IMG/VR virus record: IMGVR_UViG_3300032006_001851
DNA length: 64,000 nt
Reading direction: 5' to 3' (one strand)
DNA from: an uncultured virus (IMG/VR IMGVR_UViG_3300032006_001851)
Taxonomy: Duplodnaviria > Heunggongvirae > Uroviricota > Caudoviricetes
Part shown: positions 39,228 to 47,342 of the stretch, one piece after another
Layout of the letters: every line of letters begins with the position of its first letter
How positions within the stretch are numbered: the first letter of the stretch is position 1
Notes under the pieces: generated by a model
The model's input: the letters and a program-made list of their open reading frames with translations, nothing else
What the model was told of the DNA's origin: nothing
Databases searched by the model: none
Position numbers and translations under genes: made by a program

Positions 39228-41228
39228 TTATTCGATGTTAAATTTTTCTTTAAGCCTGTGACGTAACAGTGTATCAATTTGATTCATCGTCATTGTTTGA
39301 TCATCTTGATACTCATTAATCAATTCACCAAAGACAGTCATAATTTGTTCAGCACTTGCTTTTTTCCTAGTGCTAAACGGTACATTCAAAAATTGTGGTG
39401 GCAATCCTTGCATAGCAACTGGTTGTTGATGGTAGGGCTGTCCTACAGGAAATCCATAAGGAACAAACCCCGGATTTAATCCCCGATCACCAGTTGGGCA
39501 ATCCATATCCTCTGTAGTTTTTCCCTGCGGTAGTTGTTCCAAGGGCATTATATACTCATTAGCGTGCTTGTGAGTATGGATGTGCTCATGAGTATGTTTG
39601 TGTTCGAGGCTTTCTGGCTCCTTCTCCATAGGCAACGGCATAACATGCTCATCATTATCATACCCCTGTTCATCGTCTTTGTCAACGTTTTTTTCGTTTT
39701 TTCTTTTGCGTCTTCTCCTATTAATCAAAAAAGGTACTCCATATTTAAGTGCCAGCATTCCCAAGCTCATTCCTCCAAGTGTAAAGCTAACATTTTCTAC
39801 GGTATTTCCATTGCCGCCGGTCATGCTATCCATGTAATGACCGTTAGTAGCCTCTAGGTTTGATATATGACCGTCTTTTTCTCCAATGACACCCAGAAGG
39901 TTGTCTATCCTAGACTTTAATAGATCCTTTTGCCCCTCAACAGAACCTAAAAGATCTCTTAATCCGTTGACTTCATTTTGAGAGTCCAAAAGACTACTGT
40001 TGGTTCCACCAAGTTCAGCTTTTAAGCTTTCAGACAAAGATTCTAGATTTGTAAGCTTCTCTTTTAGTTCAGCAATCTTATCAAGATACTCCTGACGCTC
40101 TTTACCAAAATCGGGTGTAGGATCAACGGGGCCACCCGGATCGGGCCTTCCCGGCCAACCGTTCCATCCTCCGTCGCCACCATCTGGCGGATTGGGGTTG
40201 GGATTAGGATTGGGGGGAGGGTTGGGGTTTGGAGGGGGGCATCTGTCCCAAGGACACCAAGGGAATATACCCTCTCCGTTATATAACTCACCAACTCTTA
40301 TACCACCGTAATACTTTGCGGTATCTGCAATACCACCATCTTGAAACTTAAGTTCGGGGCAAAACATAAATTCGCCCTTATCGGTTCTTCTAAGACCGCC
40401 GTCTCTTGGTATGACAACATGATCACTAATTTTATGGTTACAATGTGGGCAGACTCTATTCAGTCTTTCTTTTGCGGACTTTTTAGTCTCGTCTTTTTTA
40501 GAAACAATACTATAAGAAGCCTCGATGGGATGTCCATGACCGTTGCCATCCAGTATCTCGTAGATCTGCTTTAAAGATAACCCAGCGCCGTAATCATTTT
40601 TTCCATCATCTGTCCATGCCCCATCTCCTATTCTCCAAGCGAGAAGAATGCCAAGGCGAGTGTGAAGCTCTCCTTTGTCATCCTTGACGAGAACCAAAAC
40701 ACCGCTTCCAGACTGACCCCCAATAGGGGCAGCATTGAAACTGATAACGGCTCCTGCATTTCTGAGCACTCTACCTTTCCAAGCAGTGGCCCATTGAGCA
40801 GAAGGGCATCCTCCAGCAATGACTAAATCATTGGCTTTTATCTCTGTGCCTTTCGGAGCAAGAGGGATTACTCTAGGAGGAAATCTACCAAAATACTTCT
40901 TCTTGACGGACACGATTGCTAAGTCTAATGCAGTACCCTCTTTGTATTCGCAATATTCTGTCTTGAATGGAAGAAGGGCGGATTTGTAACCGTCTTGAAA
41001 GAATTCTAAATGGCCTCTTTTGGATCTTTCAATAACGTGTCCATTGGTGAGGATGTAATATTTATCTTCGTCTTCCTGAAATACTGTCCCGCTACCTGCG
41101 GCAGTTCTAGTGGTAACCCTGCATACTCCTTCCAAAGCCTCGTCCATAGTAAGCGGTTGAGCAAATCCCAAAGCCGGGAAGAGCATCATCATCGCCAAGA
41201 ATATCATGACTTGCATTAATTTTTTCAT
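39228..41228 (-). CDS. Membrane-anchored trypsin-like serine protease with a Pro-rich linker and coiled coil
   Basis: Signal peptide; TNGHV, LDLAI, GQSGS triad; PNPNPP linker; heptad region; TM followed by RRRRKRK. Confidence 0.85.
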   Translation of the reverse strand: MKKLMQVMIFLAMMMLFPALGFAQPLTMDEALEGVCRVTTRTAAGSGTVFQEDEDKYYILTNGHVIERSKRGHLEFFQDGYKSALLPFKTEYCEYKEGTALDLAIVSVKKKYFGRFPPRVIPLAPKGTEIKANDLVIAGGCPSAQWATAWKGRVLRNAGAVISFNAAPIGGQSGSGVLVLVKDDKGELHTRLGILLAWRIGDGAWTDDGKNDYGAGLSLKQIYEILDGNGHGHPIEASYSIVSKKDETKKSAKERLNRVCPHCNHKISDHVVIPRDGGLRRTDKGEFMFCPELKFQDGGIADTAKYYGGIRVGELYNGEGIFPWCPWDRCPPPNPNPPPNPNPNPNPPDGGDGGWNGWPGRPDPGGPVDPTPDFGKERQEYLDKIAELKEKLTNLESLSESLKAELGGTNSSLLDSQNEVNGLRDLLGSVEGQKDLLKSRIDNLLGVIGEKDGHISNLEATNGHYMDSMTGGNGNTVENVSFTLGGMSLGMLALKYGVPFLINRRRRKRKNEKNVDKDDEQGYDNDEHVMPLPMEKEPESLEHKHTHEHIHTHKHANEYIMPLEQLPQGKTTEDMDCPTGDRGLNPGFVPYGFPVGQPYHQQPVAMQGLPPQFLNVPFSTRKKASAEQIMTVFGELINEYQDDQTMTMNQIDTLLRHRLKEKFNIE
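40186..40239 (-). repeat. Coding low-complexity Pro-Asn repeat (PPPNPNPPPNPNPNPNPP)
   Basis: Seen directly in the translation and as G-rich runs on the + strand. Confidence 0.8.
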
Positions 41229-41232
41229 GACC

Positions 41233-41886
41233 TTACCAGTCCTTACTGATGGTGAATTGATACTGAAAAAGTGATGATCTAGCTAGGTCGGCAGGAGTAA
41301 CCGCCGAATCTGCTAGATATGGCACGGGATCTACATACGCTTTGCGATATGCATAGGCAACAGCCGTGCTGCAAACAAAAACGTCTGTAGGGTCGTCGTC
41401 CTTGACATTTTGTTCTGCCAATCTACAGAAGGGCAGATAATGCTTTCCAAGTTTCCAGAAATTTTTCCATCCGTATGGAAGACCAGTAAGTTCCACCATC
41501 ACATCCGTAATTTCCCTAGCTTTGTCTGGTGTTAAATTGTTTACCCTCTTCCCGGTTTCATAAGTAACCTTGATAGACCTTTGCTCTTCGTTAAGAGGCC
41601 AGCCGGAAAAGGTGTTATGATTTATGGAATAGGCAGGGCGAAATATATCAATATTGTTTGGATGTGTCTCAACTTGACTCTTCAAGGAGACTGATCTGGC
41701 GCCCTTGAATTCTCTGAACTCTACGCATTCCAAATTGTCTCCATCCCAGTGAGCCATACCGGCGTGGCTATGAACCCCACTCCCATATCTTTTTATCAAC
41801 CAACTAATTAGTCCCTCACCACGAAACAATAGAACGTCTGCTTCTTTGATGTACTGCTTAGCTTCGTGGTAGGGGACTAAAATCAT
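41233..41886 (-). CDS. Permuted papain-like (YiiX/YaeF, NlpC/P60-related) enzyme
   Basis: ADVLLFRG, HSHAGM (His before Cys), GLPY, FVCS, VTPADL. Confidence 0.8.
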   Translation of the reverse strand: MILVPYHEAKQYIKEADVLLFRGEGLISWLIKRYGSGVHSHAGMAHWDGDNLECVEFREFKGARSVSLKSQVETHPNNIDIFRPAYSINHNTFSGWPLNEEQRSIKVTYETGKRVNNLTPDKAREITDVMVELTGLPYGWKNFWKLGKHYLPFCRLAEQNVKDDDPTDVFVCSTAVAYAYRKAYVDPVPYLADSAVTPADLARSSLFQYQFTISKDW

Positions 41887-42209
41887 TATTTTTTTTCTTC
41901 CAGTTTTTTGTCTATTCTGTCTAATATGTCAGCAATCCTTCTCTGATCATTTACTATTTGAGTCATGACTTGCTGCATATCTTTTTGAGTTTCCGCCCAG
42001 CTTCTAGGCACGTAGACTAGAGGTGTTCCATCAGAATCTTGCCTAGAAATAACCTTGTAGGTGTGCTGCATCCAGTCTCTTTCTTCATCCATTAGAACCG
42101 ACTTCTTAGGAACCGCTTTTAAAATAAGAATTTCAATGACCTTCCCTAGACCCACAACTATGGCAACTATTGCTGCCAACACAGGAATTGAAAAGATATC
42201 AGATTCCAT
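41886..42209 (-). CDS. Single-TM protein with a C-terminal coiled coil (holin-like architecture)
   Basis: N-terminal hydrophobic helix, QRRIADILDRIDKKLEEKK. Confidence 0.55.
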   Translation of the reverse strand: MESDIFSIPVLAAIVAIVVGLGKVIEILILKAVPKKSVLMDEERDWMQHTYKVISRQDSDGTPLVYVPRSWAETQKDMQQVMTQIVNDQRRIADILDRIDKKLEEKK

Positions 42210-42230
42210 TTAGTACCTCTTTCTTGAAAG

Positions 42231-42268
42231 AGAAAAAAAGAAGGGGCCGTGAACAACACAGCCCCTTC
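42231..42268 (-). terminator. Rho-independent terminator
   Basis: GAAGGGGCTGTG-TTGTT-CACGGCCCCTTC then T-run on the minus strand. Confidence 0.85.
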
Positions 42269-42288
42269 CATGTGACTGCAACGAGAGA

Positions 42289-42960
42289 TTAACCGCCTGT
42301 AATGGCGCTGTAATCTTGGAAGTTACCACCACTAGAGCCACGGGTGGAAAAGTCAATCAACCATACCAATTCACCGGGAACTGCCCTACTTGGACGATTC
42401 TCAAGTGGTCTGGTGTTGTTGCCAGCGGAAATGTTACGGAACGCAGTCGAAGTACCTCTGTTAGTGAGAGTAGTCTTAGCGGCTCCGTCAGCAGCAAGCA
42501 AACCATGGTTATTGGTAGAAGCCGCAGTAGGATTGCGGAACAGATTGAAGACCTTGTCTGACCACAGACCTCTCTGACGATGGATTTCTGAGTGGTAATG
42601 AGCCGGTCTACGACCAAATCCACTGCCATTAACCTGAAGAACAGTATTAGCGACGTTATTAATTTTAGTTGAAACGCCTCTAATTATAAAGCCCTGATCT
42701 GTTGAAGATCTATTGGCCTTCTTGGGAAAGAAACCAACCTCACCACTACCCTTTGTGGAAGTAAGGCCAACTTGGTGACTGCTGTCGTCGGTATTTACGA
42801 CGATCTTTGAGCCATACTCGTCTGCACCCTTCACGATGTCTAGGATGCTCTTGTTGGTGAATCTGCTACTGGCAATATTACCGGCATGCATAATAACGCC
42901 GCCGTCATTATCTTTGCCGCCTGAACCTGTTGCAGTACCCACATGTGTGCTAAGCGTCAT
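42289..42960 (-). CDS. Gly/Ser/Thr/Asn-rich protein, possible virion structural protein
   Basis: Composition; flanked by its own promoter motif and terminator. Confidence 0.5.
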   Translation of the reverse strand: MTLSTHVGTATGSGGKDNDGGVIMHAGNIASSRFTNKSILDIVKGADEYGSKIVVNTDDSSHQVGLTSTKGSGEVGFFPKKANRSSTDQGFIIRGVSTKINNVANTVLQVNGSGFGRRPAHYHSEIHRQRGLWSDKVFNLFRNPTAASTNNHGLLAADGAAKTTLTNRGTSTAFRNISAGNNTRPLENRPSRAVPGELVWLIDFSTRGSSGGNFQDYSAITGG

Positions 42961-43025
42961 AAAAAACCCCTTTATGTAGGATTTTCTTTTCCTTCTTATC
43001 CTGTTTTATAGATCCAGTTCCACAG

Positions 43026-43035
43026 TATTATACAC
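43026..43035 (-). promoter_or_regulatory. Putative phage promoter motif GTGTATAATA
   Basis: Intergenic, upstream of 42960; identical to 33333-33342. Confidence 0.55.
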
Positions 43036-43040
43036 CAAAT

Positions 43041-43523
43041 TTAATAGATGTCTTTAAGCTTTTCTAGCGCGTTAAGGATGTATCTTCTAGCTGTCTCCCT
43101 ACTGTAGTCGTTTTCTTTTGCAATTTCTTCCATCGTCAGCCTCTCAAAAAAGCGTTGGTATATTACCTTGCTTAGTCTGGGGTGAAGCTTCTCAATAACG
43201 TCATTTATTTCAATTTCGTTTGCGTCTTCACTAAAATGCAGGGCTTCGTTATACTTTTTTTGCCTGTTTCTCTTATTGATGTCGTAAAGCTGCTTTTTAC
43301 ACTCCCAATCGATTCTGTTGTACAAAAATGAAGTAAATTTCTGCCCCTTCTCGGGGTCATAAGCCTTGAGAGCCTCCCACAAGGCAATTAATTTACATCG
43401 ATCTAATTCGTCTCTGGGAATTATCTTGGAGTACTTGGAGCAAACCTTGTTTATGATTTTTATATTGTTTGTATCCTTCCAAGCCACATCAAACTCCTCG
43501 TCTCCTATAGTCCTAACCGCCAT
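43041..43523 (-). CDS. Second sigma70-like sigma factor
   Basis: LIALWEALKAYDPEKGQKFTSFLY (region 2); LTMEEIAKENDYSRETAR (region 4). Confidence 0.88.
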   Translation of the reverse strand: MAVRTIGDEEFDVAWKDTNNIKIINKVCSKYSKIIPRDELDRCKLIALWEALKAYDPEKGQKFTSFLYNRIDWECKKQLYDINKRNRQKKYNEALHFSEDANEIEINDVIEKLHPRLSKVIYQRFFERLTMEEIAKENDYSRETARRYILNALEKLKDIY

Positions 43524-43531
43524 CGTTCCTC

Positions 43532-44155
43532 CTAACTAATTTCGGGGTCATTCTGGAAGATTTTTCCTCCAAATTCCTTTTTGAGCTTTCCATATGAAAG
43601 AACATTTGTTGTGTGGTCCTGATCATCTTCTTTGTTTGTGCTAGAGTATTCAATTTCTCCATTGTGGGATACAAAAATAGCCCAGTATTTCTCCTGAGAA
43701 ATTATCTCTCTGATCACTTCCACGGTTTCTTGGGTTTCCTGATTCATTTTGAAGTCGAATGACTCAGGATCAGATTCATATAAGTCCTGTTCTATTTTTG
43801 CTCTAACGTTTTTAAACTTAAACAATTTTCCAACGCCAAGGAAAAATCTGTACCTACTTAAAATGGCTAATAGTTCTACACCCTCCACGGATTCTATTTT
43901 TGATTGTATCGAGTGGGTGATATCAAAATTGGTATAGCCAGTCCAGCAATCAAACTGCTTAACTGGATTCATTTTATCGTGAAGCTGATAAATACCCATT
44001 GGTGTTGATATGAGTTTTGGGATCTTTTGCATAAGCTTCAAAGCTTCGTCAATCATTTCCTCGTCATCTTCTTCTTGGAAATCCATACCCTCCAAGATTT
44101 CTTCCTCAATTAGGTCTGTATCCCACTTTTCCCATGCTATTTTTTTCTTTGACAT
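43532..44155 (-). CDS. Hypothetical protein
   Basis: 207-aa ORF. Confidence 0.65.
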   Translation of the reverse strand: MSKKKIAWEKWDTDLIEEEILEGMDFQEEDDEEMIDEALKLMQKIPKLISTPMGIYQLHDKMNPVKQFDCWTGYTNFDITHSIQSKIESVEGVELLAILSRYRFFLGVGKLFKFKNVRAKIEQDLYESDPESFDFKMNQETQETVEVIREIISQEKYWAIFVSHNGEIEYSSTNKEDDQDHTTNVLSYGKLKKEFGGKIFQNDPEIS

Positions 44156-44188
44156 GTTAAACCTTTCGAATGGGACCGGAATAGTTAG

Positions 44189-44590
44189 CTACTCTTCATT
44201 GCGAATCCTCTTTGCAATTTCTGTGGGTTTTACGACCACTTCGTCAGCTTCTAGTTCTGGTTCGAGGGTATCGACATCAAGATTTAATCCGTCAACCTTT
44301 TCTAGAGCCGACATATATTCAAAGACCTCCCAGAAATGAGCCTCCATGTCCTCTCGCAAGCATTCGTCTTTAAGAAAGGATAAAGTTTGTTCAACAAGAT
44401 GACCGTACATAACTTTGTATGCCAAGTCAGCAAAAATTAAGTGACTGCCCTGTTTTTCATTCCAAGAGCAATCCACCCACACAGTCCCTTCATCGTCCAC
44501 TTCAAAGTAGAGAGCCGCAGTATTGTCTTTCTTTTTCTCCTCCTTTTTTTTAAAAGGCCAGAGCTTTTTGAAAAAATCAGAAACTTTCAT
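44189..44590 (-). CDS. Hypothetical protein
   Basis: 133-aa ORF. Confidence 0.6.
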   Translation of the reverse strand: MKVSDFFKKLWPFKKKEEKKKDNTAALYFEVDDEGTVWVDCSWNEKQGSHLIFADLAYKVMYGHLVEQTLSFLKDECLREDMEAHFWEVFEYMSALEKVDGLNLDVDTLEPELEADEVVVKPTEIAKRIRNEE

Positions 44591-44591
44591 A

Positions 44592-44780
44592 CTATAATGC
44601 CGATACCTGTTCTAAGCAACTGTTTGCGTGCTCATAATCCTGAGCAGCTTTAATTGCCTCTTCAACAATGTTAGAATGATCACCGATCCCTACTATATTG
44701 GTGGTGTACAAGCGATACCTCACTAGAGCCTCTTCTCTTTTGGCTTCGAAATGTTTCACCACGGCCTTTGTTACGTCCAT
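44592..44780 (-). CDS. Small phage-type protein (VGIGDHS motif)
   Basis: MDVTKAV... start with AAGGAAGG SD. Confidence 0.6.
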   Translation of the reverse strand: MDVTKAVVKHFEAKREEALVRYRLYTTNIVGIGDHSNIVEEAIKAAQDYEHANSCLEQVSAL

Positions 44781-44817
44781 TAAGTTAAATCCTTCCTTTA
44801 TTTCACTACTGAAATTG

Positions 44818-44991
44818 TTACGCAGCGCGAAGGCTATCGCCAACAATCCAAGCGCCGCCGAGCATGACAATGTGGTTCACTTGTTCTGCCGATAGGCCAA
44901 GACCTAGACCGTCTAGAGCAACGAAAACTACGCCGCCAATGGAAAGCCAAAACCTGCGAGAAACAAACAAACCTTGAAGTTTTTCAAACAT
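44818..44991 (-). CDS. Holin-like small membrane protein
   Basis: SRRFWLSIGGVV motif and two hydrophobic helices in 57 aa. Confidence 0.5.
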   Translation of the reverse strand: MFEKLQGLFVSRRFWLSIGGVVFVALDGLGLGLSAEQVNHIVMLGGAWIVGDSLRAA

Positions 44992-45019
44992 TTTAGTACT
45001 CCAGTAAAAGATAAAAAAA

Positions 45020-45043
45020 CAAAGTAAAAGCACCAACTGGTGC
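45020..45043 (-). terminator. Weak putative terminator
   Basis: GCACC-AGTT-GGTGC followed by a T-rich run. Confidence 0.4.
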
Positions 45044-45059
45044 GGTATTACTTAACCAC

Positions 45060-45260
45060 TCAGCCCTTACATCCGCATACGCCGCCAGCTAAGCATGCAC
45101 AATCATCCCCACATGCGCAATTGTCGCAAACACAAGCAGTTTTGGATCCCGCATGAGGACACTCATGACTGTGACCAAACAGTGGGCAGAAATGGAGCGA
45201 CCAACCAAGTCCCACACCCAACAGCATGCATAGCCAGTGATTCTTAAACAGATCTAACAT
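45060..45260 (-). CDS. Small TM protein with a Cys/His-rich metallothionein-like tail
   Basis: HSHECPH...CVCDNCACGDDCAC...CGC. Confidence 0.55.
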   Translation of the reverse strand: MLDLFKNHWLCMLLGVGLGWSLHFCPLFGHSHECPHAGSKTACVCDNCACGDDCACLAGGVCGCKG

Positions 45261-46083
45261 TAGTAATCTCCTTTTTAAATTTAAGTTGAATTTCTTGATG
45301 ACAACCCCTGACTTCTGAAAAATCCATGTCTTCCAAGCTGGGGGAACTACCGCTCAAATAAATCTCATTTAATTCTTCAAGACTAACACCAAATTTTTGT
45401 CCCGACTTATTCTCCGATGACCCCACTAAATTCAATGGAGTGTTTACCAAAACACTCTCTTTTAGAGCGGCCATATTCTGAGAAAATCCAGACAAGTGAG
45501 GTAATGCTCTTCCCTCCAAGGCATTTGGTGTATCGAAAACGTAATTTGGCAACACATCTAAAACTAATCTTTTAGGTAAGATGTGGCCGTCAACAGAAAA
45601 TGGATAAGCAAAATTGGTATACGGTGGAAGACTTCTCCAGTTCCATATAAGATAAGTATCATTAATAAGGAGCGCCTTTTCAGGCAAGACGCACATTCTG
45701 TCCATATACTCGTTTTGAATAATTGTATTTGCCCCTAGCCTCAGAGACAAGCAGAAAATATCCTCCTCTTTGAAGAGGGAGGAAATACCATCGTAATCAA
45801 CCTCCACCTTCTTGTACAAAATATTATCGTCCACGAAAAAACAGACTAAATCACCCCCCTTCTCTATAAGATTCATAGTGTCTTTTTGAAAATCATTCTC
45901 CCTAACCCAATTAAGGGAGGGATATTTCTTTAAAAGATGCTCGTACCCGGCCTTAAAGTTATTACTAGAGTAGTCGTACAAAACATTAAGGTTGAATATG
46001 TCAGAATCGTTTTCCATTATGCTTGTTAGCAAAAAGTCTAGCTGACAAGCCCTGTCCTTTGAAAATATAATCGTGGATATCAC
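45244..46083 (-). CDS. Putative GT-A fold glycosyltransferase (paralog family A, copy 3)
   Basis: FSKDRACQLDFLL, FFVDDNI, FCLSLRLGANT, YPFSVDGHI. Confidence 0.6.
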   Translation of the reverse strand: MISTIIFSKDRACQLDFLLTSIMENDSDIFNLNVLYDYSSNNFKAGYEHLLKKYPSLNWVRENDFQKDTMNLIEKGGDLVCFFVDDNILYKKVEVDYDGISSLFKEEDIFCLSLRLGANTIIQNEYMDRMCVLPEKALLINDTYLIWNWRSLPPYTNFAYPFSVDGHILPKRLVLDVLPNYVFDTPNALEGRALPHLSGFSQNMAALKESVLVNTPLNLVGSSENKSGQKFGVSLEELNEIYLSGSSPSLEDMDFSEVRGCHQEIQLKFKKEITNVRSV

Positions 46084-46092
46084 ATTTCTTCC

Positions 46093-46269
46093 TTACTGGA
46101 CACCAGAAACCGACAATTTTACGTGGGCTTCCAGATCCCTAACCAGCCTGTCTTCTTTATGCTGAAGATTCTCCAGCTTTTTATTTATCCTAGATAAATT
46201 CTTTAGAAGCTGCTTTCTTTCTTGGTTTATATTATCAAGCCATTTGTGGGTATTTTTTAGGCTCCTCAT
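46093..46269 (-). CDS. Small coiled-coil protein (not in the ORF track)
   Basis: Manual translation MRSLKNTHKWLDNINQERKQLLKNLSRINKKLENLQHKEDRLVRDLEAHVKLSVSGVQ, 58 aa, fills the gap. Confidence 0.6.
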   Translation of the reverse strand: MRSLKNTHKWLDNINQERKQLLKNLSRINKKLENLQHKEDRLVRDLEAHVKLSVSGVQ

Positions 46270-46695
46270 TTATTTGTCTTCTTCCTTTTTCTTCTTATCG
46301 CCATTTTTGCCATTCTTCTTCTTATCTTTTCCGTTCTTCTCCTCTTCGTCATCGTCCTTCTTTTTGAAGTTCCATTCTGCGTCATTTCCTTCTACGGGGA
46401 GACACTTTTCAACTTTGCTGTCCCATTTCTGGCCCTTGGGACATACTTTTCCGCCATCCTTATACCCAAAAGGATCATTCTTAGGGGCTTGAGTTCTTTC
46501 TGCTTCTTCAGCATGAGATTTAGCGGCTCTGTTTAAAATATGGTCTGACATAGTTTCACCTCTCGACTTTTTAACGAAAATTAAAATTCTACCATTTTTT
46601 CTATATACTCCCTTTCTTGCGAAGTGATAAATCTCGCTAGTTTTGGGGTCTTGGTATATAAAAATTGCACCGGAAGATTTGCCTTTGGAAGGCAT
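46270..46695 (-). CDS. Hypothetical protein with a charged low-complexity tail
   Basis: CPKGQKWD...C motif; K/D/E-rich C-terminus. Confidence 0.55.
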   Translation of the reverse strand: MPSKGKSSGAIFIYQDPKTSEIYHFARKGVYRKNGRILIFVKKSRGETMSDHILNRAAKSHAEEAERTQAPKNDPFGYKDGGKVCPKGQKWDSKVEKCLPVEGNDAEWNFKKKDDDEEEKNGKDKKKNGKNGDKKKKEEDK

Positions 46696-46706
46696 GTCTT
46701 TCTCCT

Positions 46707-47342
46707 CTAAAATTTTGCATTTATTGCTTCATATTTTTTATCCATGATAATTTTTGAAAAATTTTCACGGAAGTCTGCTCTATGTCTCTCGTAAACTAGA
46801 TGGCCGAAGTTTCTAGCCCTCTTTAAAGCTGTTGTCTTGTTTTTTACTCTATCAAAAGCATCTTCTGTGACCACGCGGGAGTAATCCTCTTCCAAAAAGT
46901 CTAATATTACCTCCATTGTGGCGCATCCGTTGTTTACTAGATCTTCGTATCTTACTGTTAGGAAATTTTGTATGTTGTCGGCGCCATTGAGCCATTTATA
47001 CTTGTGTTTATAGTAACATTCGCTGGCTTTAGCTACATTTTCTTCTGTTTTTGGACAGTCTATGAATTCAAACAGGGAATAGAGAGTATCGACAGGGTCT
47101 CTGTACAGATAGATGACGCTGTGGAAGTTTTTGGGGTCAAGTCCATCTTCGAGCAATTTAATGCGACCTGAATCATTTACAAATTCGTAGTCGTGGTGAT
47201 GAACCCCCCATGGAGAGCCTTCTGAGTCATACCAAGGTATGGGTTTGCCCTGTCTTGATATTCTTGGCCTGTCGGCGCATAGCTCTATTAGTCTCATTAG
47301 CCAGTGGCAACCGGATCTAGGGAAAGAAATTAAATTAACCAT
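46707..47342 (-). CDS. Sulfotransferase
   Basis: SFPRSGCHWL (5'-PSB loop), YLYRDPVDTLYS (3'-PB), VRYEDL. Confidence 0.85.
   Translation of the reverse strand: MVNLISFPRSGCHWLMRLIELCADRPRISRQGKPIPWYDSEGSPWGVHHHDYEFVNDSGRIKLLEDGLDPKNFHSVIYLYRDPVDTLYSLFEFIDCPKTEENVAKASECYYKHKYKWLNGADNIQNFLTVRYEDLVNNGCATMEVILDFLEEDYSRVVTEDAFDRVKNKTTALKRARNFGHLVYERHRADFRENFSKIIMDKKYEAINAKF

Noticed and set aside
40186..40239. G/C-run repeat as a functional DNA element
   Set aside because: Synonymous positions vary, consistent with selection on the Pro-Asn protein linker.
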